A stretch of 64,000 bases of DNA from Eledone cirrhosa (lineage: Eukaryota). How positions within the stretch are numbered: position 1 is the first letter of the stretch; each line of letters begins with the position of its first letter. Of this stretch, positions 56,913 through 64,000 are shown piece by piece. The notes under the pieces were generated by a model. It was not told the origin of the DNA. It searched no databases and worked only from the letters and a program-made list of their open reading frames with translations. The DNA lies in the NCBI GenBank assembly GCA_964016885.1, contig OZ024756.1:31248001-31312000 (forward strand), written 5' to 3'. The translations under genes and the position numbers were made by a program.

Positions 56913-57380
56913 ATGACACTTGCTCAAGATGTCACCTCAGTAGGATCGAGTCCCGGAGCTAATACTTACAAGTCTAACTACGTAATGGTAGATGACACTC
57001 GCTCAAGATGTCATACCGGAGCTAATGATTATAAGTCTAACTTCTTAACGGTAGATGACAGTTGCTCAATATTTCAGCTCAGTGGGAATGAGCCCTGGAG
57101 CTAATCATTACAAGTCTAAGTTCTTAACGGCAGATGGCACTTGCTAAAGGTTTCACCAAGTAGGATTCAGCCGTGGAGCTAATCATTAAAAGTCTAACTT
57201 CTAAACGATAGATGACAGTCGCTCGAGGTTTCACGTCAGTAGGATTCAGCCCTGGAGCAAATCATTACAAGACTAACTTCTTAACAGTAGATGACACTTG
57301 CTCGAGATTTCACACTGGAGAATCGAGTCCCGAAGCAAATGATTACAATTCTAGCTTCTTAACCATTCAACCATAAAGCG
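56913..57380 (-). repeat. Minisatellite of six ~79-bp units derived from a tRNA-SINE head
   Basis: Unit ATGACACTTGCTC..GA..TCAC..CAGTAGGA...AG.CC.GGAGCTAAT.ATTACAAGTCTAACTTCTTAAC.GTAG; the second unit has a ~16-bp deletion. Confidence 0.85.
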
Positions 57381-57613
57381 TCCATTCAACCAATAGTACG
57401 TCTACAATATCAACCTAGTTGCATTTGGCTTCTGTAATGGAATTACTAATTAAATTTGTTTCATTATAAGAAGATAATACAAAAGTCTGGCGAGCAATTT
57501 GCAAATGTGTGTTCCCACTTTAATAATGAAGAACTGATAGTTAAAATATACCCCCCCCCCCCCCTGCCGCCATGCACACATACACACACATATACACGTA
57601 CACACACACACAA

Positions 57614-57722
<109 letters not shown>

Positions 57723-57746
57723 TATGTATATATGTACAAATATATA

Positions 57747-57838
<92 letters not shown>

Positions 57839-57879
57839 TGTATATATATATACTAATATATATATACTAATATATATGA

Positions 57880-57958
<79 letters not shown>

Positions 57959-57963
57959 TATTA

Positions 57964-58052
<89 letters not shown>

Positions 58053-59035
58053 AATGAAAGGTATAGAAAACACTGCAGCGAAAAGCCAACAGCACTCCAT
58101 AATATATATATATATATATATATAAATACGTGTGTATGCATGTATGAGAGTGTTTATGTGCTTGTAGTTGTGCCTGTATGTGTGTTTATGTATGTATATA
58201 CATGATTTCAAAAACAAAACAAAACAACAACAATAAACAAAAAGCATGAATTATATTACAAATCTTTGTTTGATTAAAGAATCATGGTAATTTCATTAGT
58301 CTTTCACTTAATTGTTCTCCTAATTGGACTTCACGATTATTCTATTTGAAGTTACAGTTTTTCTTCTTTTTATCATGTTTTTTTCTTATTATTTTTAATA
58401 ATTTCTCATTTATCAAACCGGATTATCAAACCAAATAAAACATTGATTGATCTGTGTGCATTTTATTTTTTATTTTTTATTTTATTTTATTTTTATAGTC
58501 TTTTATTTATTTCTGTATTTTTTTTTTTTTTTTATGTTTATATATTTATTTATTTATTCGAAAGTACATCCGTCATCCATAGCTTGCAGCTCTGTACAGA
58601 GCATTGTGTTATATATATATATATATATATAAAGAGAGATAGAGGAAGAGTGAGAGAGAGAAAGGAAAGAGAAGGAGAAATATTAGTGCTTGTAAATCCT
58701 TCACCATATATATTTACAACTTAACGATTTATATATATATGACCTATAATAGCTAAAGAACCATTACCCTTTGACCCTGTCTGGGATTGGGCACATATAT
58801 CTATGTGTGTATCTGTGTATATCTGGCTGTGTGTGTGTTTGCCTGTATGTGTGTGTGTTTTCGTGAGTGCGGTTTTTTTTTTAAATGCGTATATACAGAC
58901 GTAGTAAGCAAAGACCCATTTGTATGTCTTTGTGTTTGTCTGTGTGTCTCTATGTGTGTCTATGTGTGTTTATTTTGAAACATTGCTTTCATACAGACTC
59001 AGTTGGCAAGTGTCTATTTGTACGTGGTTATATAG

Positions 59036-59093
<58 letters not shown>

Positions 59094-60543
59094 GTGTGAA
59101 AATCTGTGTCAGTGTATGTCTGTATGTGTATGTGTTTCTTTGGAAATATTCTATTTATACAGAGTACCAATCCACCTCCCTTGAGATACAAGTAAATAAT
59201 AAAGATGAACCCTGTTAGTTTTGTGTAAACGTACATACTGATTTATATATGGATAAATACATTACAATATTTTCGTCTGTAAAGGCGGGGGGAGCTACTC
59301 TCTAAACTATGTATGACATTATAGGTGAACTATTCTGTCAGCAAGTAGTGATGAAATGTATTTTGTTCGATGTATTTGACTAAAAGTATTAAAAGTATTA
59401 ATGTAATGTTAACGTGAAAATAATCTTAGGTCAACCTTGATAGGATGATATGAAATTATGTCTTCAGTAATCATATACCTTTAGATTTTGGTACTGAAGC
59501 ACGCTCTTATACGTGTTTTTCTTTAAGAGATACTAAACAACATTATTATAATAGAGTAAATGATTCTTCTTAATAATAAGGTGGTTTTGTCACAAAACAG
59601 ATGAAATGTTTTAACTTAATAGAACGTCGAAAGATCTCAGAATTATATTATGATCGAGAACGAAAATAAACACTAGTTGTTTTGATGATTTAAAGTAATT
59701 CTCGCTTAAGTAAAGGAGATTATTCTTAACTTTTAGGCTGTCATTATGTTCGAGTCCCGTTCTCCAAAATATTGTTCAAAAAAGAATTTAATTACATCTG
59801 TTTACGTAAGTACGAAGATATTTCTTTCCAATAAACTACAAAGACCAATAATACGTGACTGAAAACGTCTGAATTTACATACAGTCGAATACATGACTTA
59901 TAATTTTAATCTAAAGTTACCGGAATTGAGAAAACTTCTATTATCTAACCTAACGTAACTATTATTTATCGTAATATCTACTGCAACTAGATGTTATGAA
60001 TCTCGCTCAAGTATTCATATGCAGACGACATTTGTCTGGGTGTTATTTGTTATTAAATAAATCTAGATAATAATTACAGATCTACAGATTCTGTAATGTA
60101 AGGTACTTAGGCGTATAATGTTCTTGAAATAACTTCATAACATATTATGTATAAAGAGAGAAAGGAAAAACGAGAACTGATCGGTTAGACCAAGAAACCA
60201 AACCAACATGAAACCAGAGATTTAGTAGACTAAGTTCGGAAAGGTTAAACAACTGTTAGAGTCCAGTATCTTCTACGCATGCAGTTCATAATCCGTTCAG
60301 AATATTTAGTTAATAGACATTTTGTAAACTAATCTTTCAAATTCTTCCGGCGTGTAGAACAGGAATAACTTATATGATATTTTATATACACTTTAGTTCT
60401 TGAAAATATACTCTATTTTAAATTGAAATTAATCTTTCTCTTTCTCACTTTCTCTCCCTTTCTTTCGTTCTCTCTCTCACACACTTTCTTTCTCTTCATT
60501 CCTTTCTTTCTATCGCTCTCGCTCGCTCTTTTTTTCCTTCTTA

Positions 60544-60583
<40 letters not shown>

Positions 60584-61114
60584 TTCTTTCTCTCTCTCTC
60601 TCCCTCTCTTCCTTTCGTTCTTTCTATCTCTTTCTCACTCTTTTTCTCCTTTCTCTCGTTCGCTCTCTCTTTTCCTTTCTCTCTATCTCTCCCTCTCTCT
60701 CCTCTCTCATTCTCTCCCCCTTTTTTTTTTCTCTCTCTCTCTCACTCTCATTTTCTTACTTTCCTTCTCTCTTTCTGTCTCTCTCTAACTTGAACTTGTA
60801 CTTGAACTTCCAAATGTACGTCGACGAAAATGTTTCATTAAATTTATTGGGATTAGGAAACATTATTGTTTCACCAATGCCGTTCCTTCAGTGAATTAGC
60901 TGCTAGACTTATTTATGATGTGACCATATTCTTAATGATAACACTAGCTTCCATAAACTATCTTCTTAGTTTTCCAAATGCATTATCGTGAGCAATCAAT
61001 TAGATGTGGGCAATTGCAAGATATATTACTGTGATTAGAATTATTTTCATGTAATTTACTTTTATTTACATTGGCTTAAGTTTGTTCTAGGCTGGATGCG
61101 ATAGCATATAATAT

Positions 61115-61435
61115 TGGTTTCAGATTTAGGCACAAGGTCAGCAATTTGGGGGCAAGGGGAAAAGTCGATAAATCGACCCCAGTGCATTACTGATACTTTA
61201 TTATTTTATAGCCCCCGTAACGATGAAAGGCAAAGCTAACCCCAGCAGAATTTAAACTCAGAACGTACTAGGCTATATATAACTCTATGTTGCAAAGCAT
61301 TGTGTCTGACGCTCTACCGATTCTGCCAATCCACTACGATGGGATATAATAGTGGTTTCTCATTTAGGCACAAGGCCAACATGCTTTATGTCACAAAGCA
61401 TGTTGTCCGACGCTCTACCGATACTGCTAATCCAC
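61115..61435 (-). mobile_element. S1 SINE plus internally deleted copy
   Basis: Reverse-complement match to consensus. Confidence 0.8.
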
Positions 61436-62644
61436 AGAATATTATGTTTATGTTATATAAGAATGCATCGAAGGTATAGACAAAGAGGATGATGATGATG
61501 ATGATGATGAGGAGGAGGAGGAGGAGGGGGGGGGGGGGGGAAACGGGGGGGTAGTAAACGAAGAATTTACTCTATATATAAACAAACACACACCTTGGTA
61601 TAACTCATTAAAAGTTATTGGCGGGGGGGGGGATCTGCAGAGTTTCCGTTTAACCAATTCCATTCACAAGATTTCGGTTGATTCCAAGCAGCACAATGAG
61701 ATTCTTAATTTTGTTTTTGTTGTTGTTTTCTTGTATTTTATTCTTGTTGTTTATTACCAAGAGTCTGTACTGATCAAATGAATTCCAGCTGTCACCAAAC
61801 TTTAGTTTATCTTAGACCATATGTGTTCAAAAATTTATTATCAAATGTATTCTTCTTACACATTGGCCAATATAGTCTAGACATAGAAAAAGGAGACGGA
61901 TTGTCTTTGTTGGAACACCTGTATAATTATTCTGTTTTCTAAATCAGGGTTGACCCGAATTTAACCAATAATATCACAATTGCTACCAACGTTAACAGCA
62001 ACAACAACAACAACATTAAACCAACCATAGCAACGCTTTATTTCAAGCAGTCGATCTTTTTTAAGACATTCAATTTTCATTATATCAATCATCCTCTTTA
62101 AATTGACAGCAATATTCGGACAACGTTGAGGGAATGGAGTTGGAATGGAGGTGGAAAGGAGGTGGAAAAGAAGTGGAAAGTAGGTGGATGTCGTGGTAGG
62201 AAGGTTGTTATCACATGTCTAATTCTGATAGAATGCTTCTCGTTTCTCCTAATCCCATTTCCTTTCAGCAATATCGATTAGATTCAATGTCACTTACAAA
62301 TTAGTACCAGCAGGCAATCCACAATGTGTTCCAGAATATTAAAACTGAAAAACGAAAACAATAAATCAATAGTATAGAACTATATGAAAAAAAAGAATAT
62401 TTTTTATTGGATTTCAACATCGAAAAACGTGGCTTTATTATTATGCAAGACTAGAAAGCCTCATGTTGTGAGCTTTAGAGATATTAAGAAAGAATATTTA
62501 TAATGAAGGTAACCATATCCTCACACACCATTGCTAATTATTTTAGAACAAGACAACACTCAATGATTCTTCTAAGTCGCTTGACCTCCTAGAAATAATA
62601 GCTAAATGTGCTTGCATACATTAATTTCAAAACTCTTATTATTA

Positions 62645-63425
62645 TTAACTGCATCAGGCGGTGGATTGGCAGTATCGGTAGAGGGTCGGACGCCATGCTT
62701 TCCAGCATAGAGTGACGTCCCTTTACGATCTGAGTTCAAATCGCGCCGAGGTTGACTTTGCCTTTCATCCTTACGGGGTCGAGAAAATAAAGTACCAGTA
62801 ATACATTGGGTAATTGCTGGCCTTGTGCCAAAAGTAGAAACAATTATTTAATAACTGCATCAGGCGGTGGATTGGCAGTATCGGTAGAACGTCGGACACC
62901 ATGCTTCGTTGCATAGAGTTACGGCCCTTTATGATCTGAGTTCAAATTGCGCCGAGGTTAACTTTGCCTACGATCCTTAGGGGGTCGATAAAATAAAGTA
63001 CCAGTAATGCACGGTTATAATTGCTGGCCTTGTGCCTAAAGTAGAAACAATTATTAATAACTGCAATAGGGCGGTCGATTAGCAGTATCGGTAACCAATG
63101 CTTCGTAGCATAGAGTTACGGCCCTTTACGTTCTGAATTCAAGTTCCGCCGAGGTTAACTTTACCTTTCATCCTTACGGGGTTGATAAAATAAAGCACCA
63201 GTAATACACTGGTGCCCATTTAATCGATTTTCCCCTACCCCAAAATTGCTGGCTTTGTGCCTACAGTAGAAACAATTATTATTAATAACCGCAATAGGGC
63301 ATTTGATTGGCAGAATCGGTAGAGCGTCGGACACCATGTTTGTGGTATGGAGTTATGTCCTTTTACGGTCTAAGCTCAAATTCCGCCAAGGTTACCTTTG
63401 CCTTTCAACCTTACAGGGTCGATAA
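62645..63425 (+). mobile_element. Head-to-tail array of four S1 SINEs
   Basis: Copies at ~62657, 62863, 63069, 63297, each preceded by the spacer TAAC(T/C)GCA. Confidence 0.9.
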
Positions 63426-63852
<427 letters not shown>

Positions 63853-63885
63853 TGTATGTATGTATGTATGTATGTATGTATGTAT

Positions 63886-64000
63886 GTGTTATATCAGTAT
63901 TTTCCTTCTCCTAGAATTCTGCCTTGATAAAGGCTAAGGAATCTTCTCTCCCGGTGATTTTGGATGGCCATTGACTCTTAAGAGCTCCTTTGCCCTTTGA
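63886..64000 (-). mobile_element. Family R inverted segment (runs off window)
   Basis: Matches 27756-27869 and starts at the same breakpoint after (TATG)n. Confidence 0.85.

Noticed and set aside
56913-57364. CRISPR-like appearance of the regular array
   Set aside because: Whole units are homologous with no unique spacers, no cas genes, eukaryotic context

Overview
AT-rich, repeat-saturated eukaryotic DNA with no credible intact protein-coding gene; nearly all ORF-track entries are translations of (TA)n, (CA)n, (GA)n, (TATG)n and triplet microsatellites. The SINE content resembles an octopod cephalopod genome (inference, no database check). The window holds about 30 copies of a tRNA-derived SINE, several CORE-type SINEs, an RTE-derived non-autonomous family, RTE-clade LINE 3' fragments, a decayed hAT transposase (36.7-38.1 kb, minus) and several minisatellites. 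The main signal is at least a dozen minimal type I hammerhead ribozyme (HHR) motifs from different short elements sitting in (TA)n tracts. They have palindromic helix III and often inverted arms, as expected of Penelope-like element (PLE) remnants. The most abundant family (about 14 loci) is a ~200-bp fold-back element built from the 3' half of a hammerhead; a near-complete parental ribozyme survives at 51314-51408. Coordinates were counted by eye and may be off by a few bases.
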